Source: Salpingoeca rosetta
Taxonomy: Eukaryota > Protista > Choanoflagellata
DNA: 64,000 nucleotides
Assembly: GCA_033442325.1 (NCBI GenBank)
Contig: JAWQFM010000035.1
Coordinates: 45,900-109,899 of the forward strand
Reading direction: 5' to 3'
Shown here: positions 12,588 to 25,112 of the stretch, piece by piece
Position numbering within the stretch: position 1 is the first letter of the stretch
How the letters are laid out: each line of letters begins with the position of its first letter
The notes under the pieces: model-generated
What the model was told of the DNA's origin: nothing
The model's database searches: none
Seen by the model: only the letters and a program-made list of their open reading frames with translations
Translations under genes and position numbers: made by a program

Positions 12588-15500
12588 TACACTCTCACTC
12601 ACCGAGGCTAAGATCATTCCAGGTGCTCGTTGTTGAAGATGATGAGGAAGAGGACGTTGAGGTAGAAACAGAGGCGGCCGAACCACCGCTAGAGCCGCTC
12701 GCGCCGTTCTGGGCTGCGTCGGTTGCAGACGGCTCCAACTCCACTGTTGCTGCCTCGTTCAGCGAGGCAGTGTTGAGGACAGAGAGCGACTCCGTGTACG
12801 CTGCATCCTGCAGCCGGCTCTGCAGCAGCGTGGCAAGATCCGTGGCAGTTGTGGTCGTGGTGGCACGACGGCGACGGCCAGCAGCTGCTGTGTCTGCTGT
12901 TTCGGGCGTGAAACGGAGGGAGACGGTGATGCCTACAGTGTAGTCCGTCGCATCGACAGGCGCAATGCCCGTGATGGTCACGCGTGACGGGTCCGTGTCC
13001 ACAATGGTGGCCAGTTCGGCCTGCAGCACATCGGCCAGGTCAATGAAGCCTTCCGACGTGGTGTCGGCGTACACGTCCTGATATGGGACGTTGACAACGA
13101 GGCCGCTCACAGTCACGCTGGCATCCGCCAGGTTCAGCTCAGCGAAGGTGAACGTGTGCTGAGATGGAGACTGCATCGTGTTGCCGCTCAGATCCTTGAC
13201 GTTGGCGATGGCCAGGTTTGCACTCAGCCCGTTGACCTCGTCGTAGCGGAATCCGCGGCGAAGGGACATGGAGATCTTGCGGCCCTCGCACACAATCACC
13301 ATGTTGTTGTTGTTGAAGTCGCGGTCGTAGTCCTCCACCGTCAGCGACACCTGGAAGATGAACGGCTGCCGGCACTCCACGTCCTCGTTGAACTGGAACG
13401 ACATCTCGTCGCCAGGGAAGAACTCGCCATCCGCGGGCTCAGGGAACCCATACACGACCGGCGGGTCGCGATCAACGACACCAGTCGCCACAGACGACAG
13501 CTTCTCGTCAATGCCATCGGGCATCTCGTTGATGGACGCTTGGCACTGCGCGCGAATGCGGAGGTGGTAGTCGCCCTCAAGCAATGTCGACGCGTCCCAC
13601 CACGCCGTGATGTAGCCGTACTCGTTCTCGCGCTCGCGAATGTCCAACGCATCGCCGTTCTCGTCGCGGGCCAGCAGCCAGATGTACGAGTTGGCAGGCT
13701 TGTACTCGATGACGACCTTCTCCAGACGATCGTCCTCCAGCCACGTGCGTCTGGCGTGGTCCGGGTTGAAAGCCACGACGCGGATCTGGCCAGGCTTGTA
13801 GTCCTGCTCCATCGTCTCCTGGTTGAGGGTGAACGCGCCAGACTCGCCAATCTCGCCAACGAGCTTCACGGGGCTGCACGGCTGCAGGAACTCGGCCTCC
13901 AAGTACACGTATTCCACGTTGGTCGTCTCACAGATGGATCGCCAGCCAACGGCGACTGGGTCGTACTTGAACACGTTTGGGCCCTGGTTCACGGTGACGG
14001 TGACGTGGCTTGCCGAGTTGGCCGGGAACGTCTCGTAGACGAGTGGCGTCTCCAGCGCCTGGCCATTCACGACGACCTCAAGGCCATCCTGGTTGAGGCG
14101 CGACACATAGAACAGCTGCGCATGTTCATGTTGTTGCCGTGGCGCAGAGTGGAGTTGTAGGGAGTGGAGGAGAGAGCATGGTGAGAACAACACGCCCAAG
14201 GTGGAAGAACATGCAAGACATGGATGTGCTCAGCTGCTGCTGAATGTGCCAAGACACGAAACAGCACAAAGCACGCACACATGCACACAACCGCAACCAC
14301 ACAACCACACACATACACACATCACACATCACTCACGCTAAAGTCTGCAGAGCTTGGACCATCGTTCTTCAGTAACAACTCAAAGACGGCGGGTTCGCCA
14401 GGCAGCACGGGCGCCTCTGGCCGCTTCAGGATGCTGATGCCAGGCTGCTCCAGCTTCACCGTGTTGGGCTCATGCGGGCAGGAAGACTGGCCAGAGAAGG
14501 TGGCGAAGACAAACGTGCCGTAGTCGGGGTGTACGAAGATGCCGACATCAAACACGTCGTATGGGTCAGGGTCGCCGAGCGTCACAGAAAGCGCTCCATC
14601 CGTCGACACGCCGGCCTCATACTCATCTGCTGTCGTGCCTTCGTAGTTGTACCCTGTGGACAGCTCAAACGCCATGCCCACACCGAAAACCTTGAACCCA
14701 AACTCAACATCAACACCAACGGACACCTCGTGCGTTCGCGAGCTGCCGCCAATCACGCTGTCGCCGCGTGACAGGTCGTACTCAAACGTGTACGTGGACC
14801 CGCCGCCAGAGAACTTGATCGTGTCAATGTTGCGCAGGTCTTGCTTGTCCTGGTCTGACGCGGCAAAGCCGTCCAAGTCCTTTCCATTGTCGATGTCGTC
14901 GTGTGGGGCGAGTGAGATGCCCTTCTGCGCCTTGTCGGCAATGCGGTCCACATCAAAGCCACTGCACAGCTGGGTTCGCGACAGCTCGCTTTGGATCTTG
15001 GCCGCCTTGTCCGGGTCTTCATCGGGGGAAATGCTCGGTGAGCACTCAAACTCGGCGTTGCCCTTTGCCCACATGCTCTGCACGGGCTCCAGCAGCCCAT
15101 CGGCCGCCTGCTGCCGCACTTCCTTGTTGCGGTCCAGGTTGTCCTCCCACGCCTTGATCGCGCGCTTCAGCTCAGCAATCTTCTCCGCCCTGTCCTCCTC
15201 CGTGTCGTCGTCGTCATCGCCTGGTGGCTGTTCGGCGAGAGCGAGCAGCTTGCGCAGGTCTGGCAGCTCCTTGTTCTCAATCTCAAGTGCGGACACCCAG
15301 CTGAGCACCTTGCGGTTATCCTGGCCCTCAAGGCTCCACTTGACCTTGGTCTCCTTGGATGCCTGGCACTGCTCCACGTCAAACGAGACCTCCTCCGTCT
15401 CCAGCCACACCACGTTGAGGGCGGGCACGAGGAACATGTCCGACTTCTCGCCGGCCGTGCCCGGGTCATCCGAGGTCGTCAGCTCAATTGCAAACGACCA

Positions 15501-18500
15501 CACGCGTTCAGAGCCGTAGTTGTCCTCTGGGTCCATGCTGCCGAAGGTCTGATGATGGAACAAGAAGCAAAGACGGGAAGAAGGGTGCAGTAAGGCGAGC
15601 ATTTGTTTGAGTGAGTGTGCAAGTAGCAAGCAAGGCAAGGTCACAATGTGCATCAGCAAAGCTGCGCGCACAAAGTTTGCACAAACACAAACACAAGTAC
15701 ACACACGCACACACACACAACACAACATGCATTCGCTTACGTGAGTCTGGTCGACAGTGATCTTGAACGGGGTGGACTCCGTGTCTGCCACCGTAGTGCA
15801 CACGGCAGCGCCGAGGCCAACACACTGCTGCACGCCCGTCTCCACCTTGACGGGAGCAAGGCCCGTGGTGAAGTAGAACCCATGGTACTCCTCGTGCGTG
15901 TGGCTCTTCATAAAGTAGTTGCTGTACGCCTTGGAGTACGTGACGGTGGACAGGCCACCGGGGGGGTCCTGCACCACGGCAAGCGGCTGATAGCGCGGGA
16001 AGGGCACGCTGAAGAACTTGGAGATGACCTTGTCGCCAACAACCACCACCTTCTCGTACACAGTGACGGGGTCCTGTGGCAGGTTGTGCATGGTGACGCG
16101 GAAGAGCTTGGAGTACGGGTTCTCGGGGTCAACGGCCTGTGGGTTGGTCTCCGGCTCGCCAGTCATGATGCTCAACTCAATGCGCGTGTTGGAGTACACG
16201 GTCTCGCCATCCTGAAGCTCTTCGTCCATGGTCACGTCCATGAGGCACGTGTCGTAGCACAGCTTCAACTTGTTCAGCTGCTTGTTGGTGAGGGAGGTGG
16301 TTGCGTTCAGCACGTCCACGATGGCCGGCGACTCACCAAGCTGGTTCTCAACCTCAATCTGGCCCGGCACCGCATCGCACGTGCCCACGCCTTCGCCGTA
16401 GTCCTCAATGACCTTGACGGTCGCCTTCAGCTCTTCGTTCTGCCTCATAACGTGCAAGGGGCGATCACCCTCTGTGCTGTTGCAGTTGTGTTTCATCTCC
16501 CGATCAAACTCAACGCTCAGCTGCGGTGGCGGGTGGTACTCGAATCGCACCGTCTTCTTGTCCTCGTCGTCCTCCTGCGGGTTGCGCAGGTCCAAGTACA
16601 GCGAGCGCGAGTTGCCCAGCTTGGCCGAGAAGTAGCGCGTAATCTCGCCGCGCACCTCGTAGTTGCGCGTAATCTCTTTGAAGCGCACCGTGATGATCTG
16701 CGCTGGCAGCGTCCACTTGGACAGCCGGTCAGAAATGGTGTGTGTCTTCACCCACGTTGGGCACGCGTCATACCGGAACTCCATCACCGCATCGCCGAGG
16801 TTGAGGTTACACAGCCCGCCGGCAATGTCAACGGTGCCTCTGTCAGACGTCGTGTCCTTGAAGTTGATGTTCTCCCAGAACATGCCGTCCGTCACATCGT
16901 AGTATGGCGTGCGCACCAGTGAGTTGGTGGCATCAATCGACTGCAGGATGCCCGATGGGGCGTTGGCTGCGTCCTTCTTGTACGGTGCGCGCTCAAACGT
17001 GTGGGACGAGTTGCCAAAGCTGAGGCTGACGGTAACAGACGTGCCGAGAACAGCCGAAATGAGGTAGCGGCCCTTGGAATCCGACATGTCGCAGTTGATG
17101 AGGGTGTTGGCTTGGTTGCGGTCATACAGACACACCTCAACGTCCTTGAGCGGACAGCCGTCAGGAAGTCCCTCGTGCTCCGTGCCGCCAATGGAGACGA
17201 TACCGCTGAACGGGAGGGACGTGGTGTCTTTGACGTTGACCTGATGGTCGAAGCGAAGGTGCTCCATGATGAGCGTGCTCTCCGTGCAAGCGATACCGCC
17301 GCAGGTGAAGGTGTGCTTGATGTTGCCCGTGGTCTTGGAGAAGCGGAGCGTCATGCGGTGGCGGCTGCCGACCAGCTTGTCCGAGAGGATGTGGATGAAG
17401 AACTTTCCGTCCTCGTTGGTGATGCGACGCCCACGCACCAGTCCGCCAATTTCAAACTCAACCTCAACGCCTTCCACGGGGAGGTGGATTTCCTTGGAGT
17501 CGATGGTAATCTGGCCCTCAAGCTGACTCTCCCACTGCACCAGGTGATGACAGGATGGATGGATGTGAGGTGACGTGGACAGGGAGGATGTGACAAGCTC
17601 ATGCAGCGGTGAGGAGAGCAACCAAGCAACAAGCCAGAGGCAGGCAAAGTCACACGACACGAATACAACGTCAAACAATGCACACACACACACACACACG
17701 TACATACGCAAAGGCAAACGCACACAAAGAACACACACGCACACGCACACGCACACGCACACGCACACGCACGGATGCGCACTCACCATGATTGTGAAGT
17801 CGGAACAAGTGGGGTCTGAGGAGTAGCCCTGAAGGTCGTACCACTCGGGCTTGTTTGCCTCGATGCAGTACTCCTGCGTGGTGCCGGGCTCAGGACCAGG
17901 GATGCGGCGTGAGAACGTCGGGTCAATGTCGGGATGCACAGATTGGGTGAGCGGCGTCTCTGTCTCGACAGCGTCGACAACGACGGCGCACACGCCAGCA
18001 GCCACCATGGTCATATCACACGAGCCGTGTGCAGAGCACGCCTCCTCGCAGTCGTCCTGCGTCCCATCGAAGATGTACGACCCGTCAACGCCGGTGCCGG
18101 TGACAGTCACGCGTTCAAAGGAGACGGCCTTCTTCTCGCCTGCACGCAGCGTCGCGGTCTCGATGACACGCAGTTGGTGACACACCAATGTGTCGTCGCT
18201 CTTGGTCTGCACAACAAAGGCGATGCACCAGTCTGAACGAATGTCGCACAGGTCCTTGCACTCCGACACGGATGCGACGGGCGAGGAAGTGCCGGGGTAG
18301 TAGCGGTGCTCATCATCAGGCACACCCTGCGGTGCAGCCGTCGTGGTCGTGCTCGTCGACGAGAAGTGCGTTTCTTCATCGTGTGAGTGTGTGTGTGTGT
18401 ATGTGTGTGAAGGTGAGAGTGAGTGTGAGTGTGAGCGTGCGTGTGAGTGTGTGTGTGTGACATGAGTGTGTGACATGAGTGTGAGTGGGAAGTACGACCA

Positions 18501-18701
18501 CGTACGGGAACCGGTGGAATCAGACATCACAGGAAGATCAGGTCTGTTTCTTCAAGCCCACAGCACAGATTCCCACAGCTGCCACACGTCTCGTTGAATC
18601 GTTGAACTTACTCTGGCGCTGCAGTTCGTGCGGGTACATGAAGCGCGTGTCGCCCGTGTCCACGGCCAGGAAACGGCGCAGGTAAAACTCGCCTACGCGT
18701 G

Positions 18702-18758
<57 letters not shown>

Positions 18759-20207
18759 GGTATGATGAGCATGAGCACTGACGATGGGAAGCGAAGGATG
18801 CATACGACAACAAGATGCAACGCGGTGACCAATGTCAACGAAACATCACATCATGCATTTGCTACGTGCATCACAACACACCTTCTGGCAGCAAGTAGTT
18901 GAGGGCCTCGTCCACTTCAGCGTAGTCGCCAGCCGACTGGATGGTGAGGTCGTCGTAGACGGTGTTGGGCTCCTGGATGGCGCCGCATGCCAGCTGCTCC
19001 GTGACGGGGAACCGCGACGTCAGACCAACGCCGTTGCGCGTGAAGGAGAAGGCAGACTCGCACTGGCTCTGGTCCGCCCAGCGGAAGAGCACGTGCCCTT
19101 TGAATTGCTTGATCTGGAAGTCGGTCGGAGCGCCGGACGGATCGGCCGGAATGCAACCGCATATGGTCTGGGGATCGTTGCCCTCGGGCGTCATCGCCAC
19201 TTGAGAAAAATACGGAATCTCTTCGTCGTTGTTGCCAACAGGCGTCAGGGTCACCTGTTGGTGGTGTGTGCATTTGCGCGACACATGAGCATGCATAGCC
19301 GTTGGTGCGCAAACACACATACAGAGACACAAGAATACGCACACACAAGCAGGCACGTACATACCCATACAAACCCACACAAGCATGCCCACGCACCCTG
19401 TATCGGGTGCCTGCAGCAAGGTTTGAGACATGGTACCCCGTGAAGGGCTTGGAGACCGTCTTTGGAAAGCCGGCGATGTCTTCCTTGGCAGCGAGATCAT
19501 ACGACCAGCGCGCCACAGACACCTGCAGCAATGCAACAGCCACACAACGCACATGGAGGGGGCGATGGTGAGTGCAAGAACCGCGTGTGTGTGTGCGTGT
19601 GTGTGCATGTGTGTGGGTCGGTGGCTGGTGACGCTGGTCACTTCACTGCACCACACGTCATTGCACCACACTGCACTGCACCACACACACACAGACTGAT
19701 CAGAACGTCAAGGTGCACGAACAGCACATGCACATGTCCATGCAACAGACGCACAACGCACCCTGTATTTTGGGAATGTATCGCCCCACTCGCCATCAAC
19801 ACTAATGTCCATGTCTGTCAGGCCGAGCTCAACCGTGATCGTTGGGGCTTCAACTGCAGCGCCGAGCATGCGGCGGTGGCCATGGTTGCACGTGAATTAC
19901 GTGAGTTGGCGACGCAGTGATGGTTGGTCAGCACGTCGAATGTGCTGTCCATGTCTGGATGCAAACAGATACCCAATCCAATGCACAGCAGAACGCGCGC
20001 ACACACGCACTTACACAAGCACACACGCGCACACCACAATGTACAAATACAAACACATACACATGTTCACACGTGTATGCCAACGTACCAAAGCAGCTGT
20101 CATCGCGCTGTTCACCAAAGAGGCATGAGCACGAATACGATCCGATCGTGTTGACGCACACGGAGCCTGGGAAACAGTCTTGCTCGCCCGTTGCGCACTC
20201 GTCCGCA

Positions 20208-20296
<89 letters not shown>

Positions 20297-21369
20297 ATGA
20301 ACGCGTCTATGAACGGATTGTTTGACGACAGGCAGGCTTGTTCAGAATGTGGTGTGCTTGCACGTTTATGTGCGTGCATGGGTACATGTGTGTGTGTGTT
20401 CGTGCATGGGTACATGTGTGTGTGTGTGTTCGTGCATCTGCGTGTTCTGTTCTGTGTTCTCGGACCAGTGCATTCCTTGGGCGTCCCAGTCCAAGCGACT
20501 TCGGTGCCAATGGAATCGCACGTGCGCGTTATCGATCCGAAAGCCGTCAGTTCATATCCCCTGTTGCACTCCTTGTACTTGCACTCGTCACCTGGCCAAG
20601 CACATTGCGGCAGTGTGGGGATGAGGATAGCCAAGGACCACGCGTGTGAGCAAAGAATGCGGCTGCATCCATGTGGAGTTGTTGGTGCTGCACCCAAGCA
20701 CGTCATGCACAACCAAAGTGCATCATGAATGAACAACAGCATCAGCTATGATTGCACGAATGTATGCGTGCTCTTACCAAAAGCACCGGTGCAGTTGCCC
20801 TCCGTGACGCCATTGGGCAGGACCAGGGGATCGCACGTCCGCACTGCCCCACGAAACATCACCACACAAGAGCAGGAACACGTAGGCGAAAGTAAGAGTA
20901 GGTGTTCTATTACACTACCACCTGTGTGCTTGTATGGGCATGGTGAAAACGCCATTAAACAAGTGACATGACGTGGTGTAACTGCAAAAACACGCGGCAT
21001 GACTTGGAGAATGTGACCGACGAGGCAAGAGGACAAACAAACTCACGCTGGCATGTGCGGCCAACAAGCTGATAGCCGCTGGTTTCGTCGCACGTGATCT
21101 GCACACGACACACACACGCGCGCGAACATAAACACGAATGTGAGCACACATTCCTCAATTTGAACACATTGCTGCTGAATAAAGTGTGGCGTTTGCTCTG
21201 CCCTGGCCCTGATCAAACAACGCAAGCGCCTGCTAACAGAAGGGCATCGCTCATGTCACTGGTGAATTGCGTACCTGGCATTTCTGAAAGCTCCAAAGTG
21301 GATCAACTGCGTACGTTGTGTGTGAATAGGAGAGCAAAAACGAAATGAGTGAGAAAGCAGAGCACTCGT

Positions 21370-21406
<37 letters not shown>

Positions 21407-23069
21407 ATACGCAAGTGGTACGTGCATGCGTGACTTATGTACAGGTTCGCATCTGTGTTTGCTGCTTGTGTGGATGCATGTGCTGGATTGCGGGCATTGA
21501 CGAGCGAGATAATACTGTCGGTGCCACTGGTAAATGAAAACAGGTACAAACATGCCGACACCTCACCCTTATCTGCGAAGAAAGCGCCAACGTCTGCAGA
21601 TACGCCTTGATACATCAACAGTCAAAGAGTTGTCAGCACGTACCGCAGGTGACAAACAGGTATGAGCGATGGACGAACGAACTGAGTCGATGCGCAGCAG
21701 CAGCAAAGCAGCAACTAAAATAAAAGAGCAATAACGCAGAGTTTTGAGACACGATGGTCCTCCGTGCACAGCTAGCCCTACCTGTAATAACTGATGATGA
21801 TGGTGCGCTCACATCAAAGGGGTCACGATACCACGTCTCGTCTTGTCCAAAGGCGCAATTCATCAGCGTGCCGCCATTCAACTTCGCGCACTGAAACTTC
21901 CAGCGACGATCGGCAAAAAAGTTTTCGCGACCACGCTGATGGCACGAATTGGCCGAGAGAAAGAGAGATAGAGAGAGAGAGAGAGATAGTGTGTGTGTGT
22001 GCGTGTGTGTGCGTGGCAAGTAGGTGGGGAACAAAGGTAGCGTGAGTTGAGCAATGGCAGAATGGCATGAGGTGTATGCATCACTGCGAAAGTAATGCGC
22101 AAACCATGGAACAAACAGTCATTTCACATCACAGCGAGCAGGCAAGAAACAGATCACTGGCGAATGGACGGACAGAAGCTTGGATCCTGGCCTCCCTTGC
22201 GTCGCTCTCTATGCCTGTCAAATCTTTTCACGCCAATTGAACGAAGAGCGAGAAGGGGTGTGCCCAAATCAAGCAGGTTTGCAATGATGGATGGGTGAGT
22301 ACACGCAGAGGCACGACGCGCAAGCGCAAGTGTGTGCCCGGCAATCATGTATGTGTGTGTACTGCCTGCGTACACTCATTCGTTGGGCAGGTGAAGGTGA
22401 GATCGCGCGGTGGGAAGCTGTAGAGATCATAGTCGTTGGACACAAACTCGTTCACATAATCTGCTGTCCAGGTCGGGGGTGGTTGAGGCTGGCCGCCAAT
22501 GTCGCTGCATGTCAGGGAGAATATGCGGTCGCCTGCAGCATACCAAATAGAGTGGTATGTGTGAGTGAGTGAGTGTGAGAGAGTGAATAAGTGAATGAGT
22601 GTGTGTGTGCGTGTGAGTGGGTGAGTGATTGGGTGAGTGTGTGTTCTGCACATCGCTCACATCTGAAGGCATGATCACTTGTCACACGTCACAACGCGAC
22701 AACCTGCCATGCCCGCCCCCGACGCGACGTGCTTGCCACAGCACGAGCAGCAGTGCATCGAGTGTCACTGTACGTTTTTTTCCAGCCTTCCCCAACCGAA
22801 CCACCCAAACACTGAAACACATCAAGACAATCTGCCACCCCCCTCCCTTCACAAGCCAGCCTACCTTCATCTTCGTTGAACTCTGAAGATACTGTCGTGA
22901 CGCCCTGTCCCTCTGGGCAGGTGAGTGTGAAGGGCTCGGAGATGGTGCTCCATTCCGCATTCACTTCTGGCATGCTGCTGAAAACGAAGAGGAGAAGCGC
23001 AAGGGCGAGACATCGACGACTCACGGCAGCCTTGTTCTGAGCACCACGAAGAGTGTCGGTGAGGCGCAT
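12095..23069 (-). CDS. Giant type-I membrane protein: signal peptide, dermatopontin-like, sushi/CCP, Ca-EGF, FN3-like, PAN-like, large beta-rich core, SEA-like stalk, TM, PDZ ligand
   Basis: ATG 23069 with signal CLALALLLFVFSSMPEVNA. Dermatopontin-type repeats: FTLTCP..DRIFSLTC; FTCPTNEYLTGIES..DRRWKFQC; DPLWSFQKC. Sushi: TCDPLVLPNG..CNRGYEL..RTC..WTGTPKEC. EGF: DADECATGEQDC..CVNTIGSYSCSC. FN3-like: YHVSNLAAGTRYRV. PAN-like: SVSECKDLC..CIAF. Long exons at 15741-17534, 14337-15548 and 12603-14115. Last exon 12330-12095 encodes the TM VASLALNAVQLVVVVVVFARMFVYM and ends ETTV*. Confidence 0.82.
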
Positions 23070-23716
23070 GGTTGGTGGTTGGTGTGAGCGTGTTCGTTGT
23101 TTGCCTCTGCCTTTGCGTGCTGGTGACTTTCGTTGTCGCTCTGGCTGATGTCGTTGTTCTGTTGGGTGTGTGGCTGGTGCTGGGTGCGTGTGCCCATTTC
23201 CAGACCTCCACTCACTGCAGCCGTTGGTGTTGTTCAACAGTTGCGTGTGCTTGGAAAATGCGTGCACTTCGGCTTGCGTTTGTGCCACAACAATCATCAC
23301 AGCACACGCGCTTGCGTCTGCGTTCGTGCGTAGGTACGTGCATGTAACAGCTTGCGTCGTCACATGCAGCGGAAGCGGCTGCGTCGTCGTTTAACAGTAG
23401 CGCGGAACGCTGACCACAGGCTGGCAGGAGGTCAGGTTACGGTGGTGCCGTTGGGGCCGTTGTATGGCGGGTTGTGTGGGCTCGTTGGCTCGTAGGCTCG
23501 TTGCCGTCCAGGTTTCGCTTGTGAGGTCAGCAATACGGGGCCAACAGGGCCCTTCGCCCACCCGCCCAAAGCCAGAACGTCACCATTCGCGCTGTGTCAG
23601 GGAAAACATCCACTGAACGCACAAACAAACACACGATGACGTCAAGAAATGTTTAACAAAAACTGAAGGTCATGCGTCCGAGTCCACGCATCGGTTTACA
23701 CTTTTTTCTATGTCTG
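23070..23716. promoter_or_regulatory. Divergent (bidirectional) promoter region between the giant membrane protein and UGCG, with CRE TGACGTCA at 23637-23644
   Basis: Head-to-head starts about 650 bp apart, no long microsatellite, exact CRE palindrome. Confidence 0.5.
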
Positions 23717-24629
23717 ATGATGATGATTTTGATGACAGTGGACGCTGCCGTGGCTGGTGTTGTGCTGTTGCTGGGTGGTGTGGTGGCCACGCACGTGTGC
23801 GCGCTGCTGTGGCTCGTGTTGGCAAAGGCAGCAACCAGGCATGAGGACGGTGGCCGCACAATTGGCGCTGTGCGGCCTCCCATATCCATGATCAAGCCCA
23901 TCAAAGGAAACAGCCCAACATTGCGAGGCAACCTTGAGTCGTGCTTCCGAGCTCTTTCGCCACAGGTGCGCGCGTGTGAGTGAGTTTATCTGTGTGAGCT
24001 TTTATGTGTGTATCTGTGTGTGTGTGTGTGTGTGTGCGCTCGCGCGCGTGTATTTGTGTGTGCATGCGTGGGCCGTGTGCGCACACCAAAAGTCTGCAAG
24101 TATTCGCATGCTATGCAACCAGTGGCCCTCCCTGCTCACGCTGCTCACACTGCGCGAGCTATTAGGATGATGAGATACTGATGTGTGTGGAGACAGAAGA
24201 AGACCCGGCCCTTGCCATCGCGCGGCACGTTGCTGCTTCATACCCCAACATCACCTGCCGCTTCTTCACGCACGCTTCCAGCGTGGGTGTGAATCCAAAG
24301 ATCAACAACATCTGTACGTGTGCATGCGTGTGCATTGTGTGTGAACGATACTGTACGCCTGCAAGCGGACTGATGTGCACCGCAACATGAGTGCACGCCA
24401 AGCTCACAGCTGGCCACGGTGGTGTTCACCATTAGATGACGCCTTCCATGCTGCCGCACACGACTTTGTCTGGATCCACGACGCCAACGTCTTCATCAAC
24501 GACCCTTCCACGCCAGCGTGAGCAGCAGCTTGGGGAAGGCGTGCGTGCGTGCGTGTATGGATGTGTGCGTGCGTGTGTGTGTGTTTCGCAGGGACAGCAG
24601 ATGCAGCGCCTGCTTGAACTTCAGCAATG

Positions 24630-24680
<51 letters not shown>

Positions 24681-25081
24681 TACATGGATTCACGCCTGCA
24701 CCGCCCCCGCCCACCTGCAGTGTGATGGCTCGTACGCTTGCGTCATCACCATCAGTTGGCATCGTGCATCAACTGCCCATCATAGCGCCAGCAGTGGACC
24801 TCGCAAACACAATCGAAGAGGTGGGAGGGAGCGTACGTGCCCCTGGGCACACGTGCTCTTGAGAACGAACAGTTCTGTCCTTGCACATGTCGCCACGCAC
24901 GTCTCTCGTACACCAACTCCACCTCCCATGATCTCACACCCCATATGCTGATGTGCAGGTGTACTTTGCAACGCAGCATGCGCACATGTATGTGTTTGCG
25001 AATGTGACGGGTGCCAACTGCGTCAATGGCATGTCAAACATGTTTCGCCGATCCACGTTCAAAGCTATCTGTGCGTGTGTT

Positions 25082-25112
<31 letters not shown>

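Noticed and set aside
13156-16922. Long + strand ORFs (334, 290, 424 aa) suggesting antisense genes
   Set aside because: Shadow ORFs of GC3-rich minus-strand exons, with no recognisable domains. The same applies to shadows of the ZF, DnaJ, sulfotransferase and GH genes.
22330-22375. Non-canonical 23-nt micro-intron giving CPTNE-YMIAG
   Set aside because: It lacks an AG acceptor; a canonical downstream AG restores a better dermatopontin motif (CPTNEYLTGIES).
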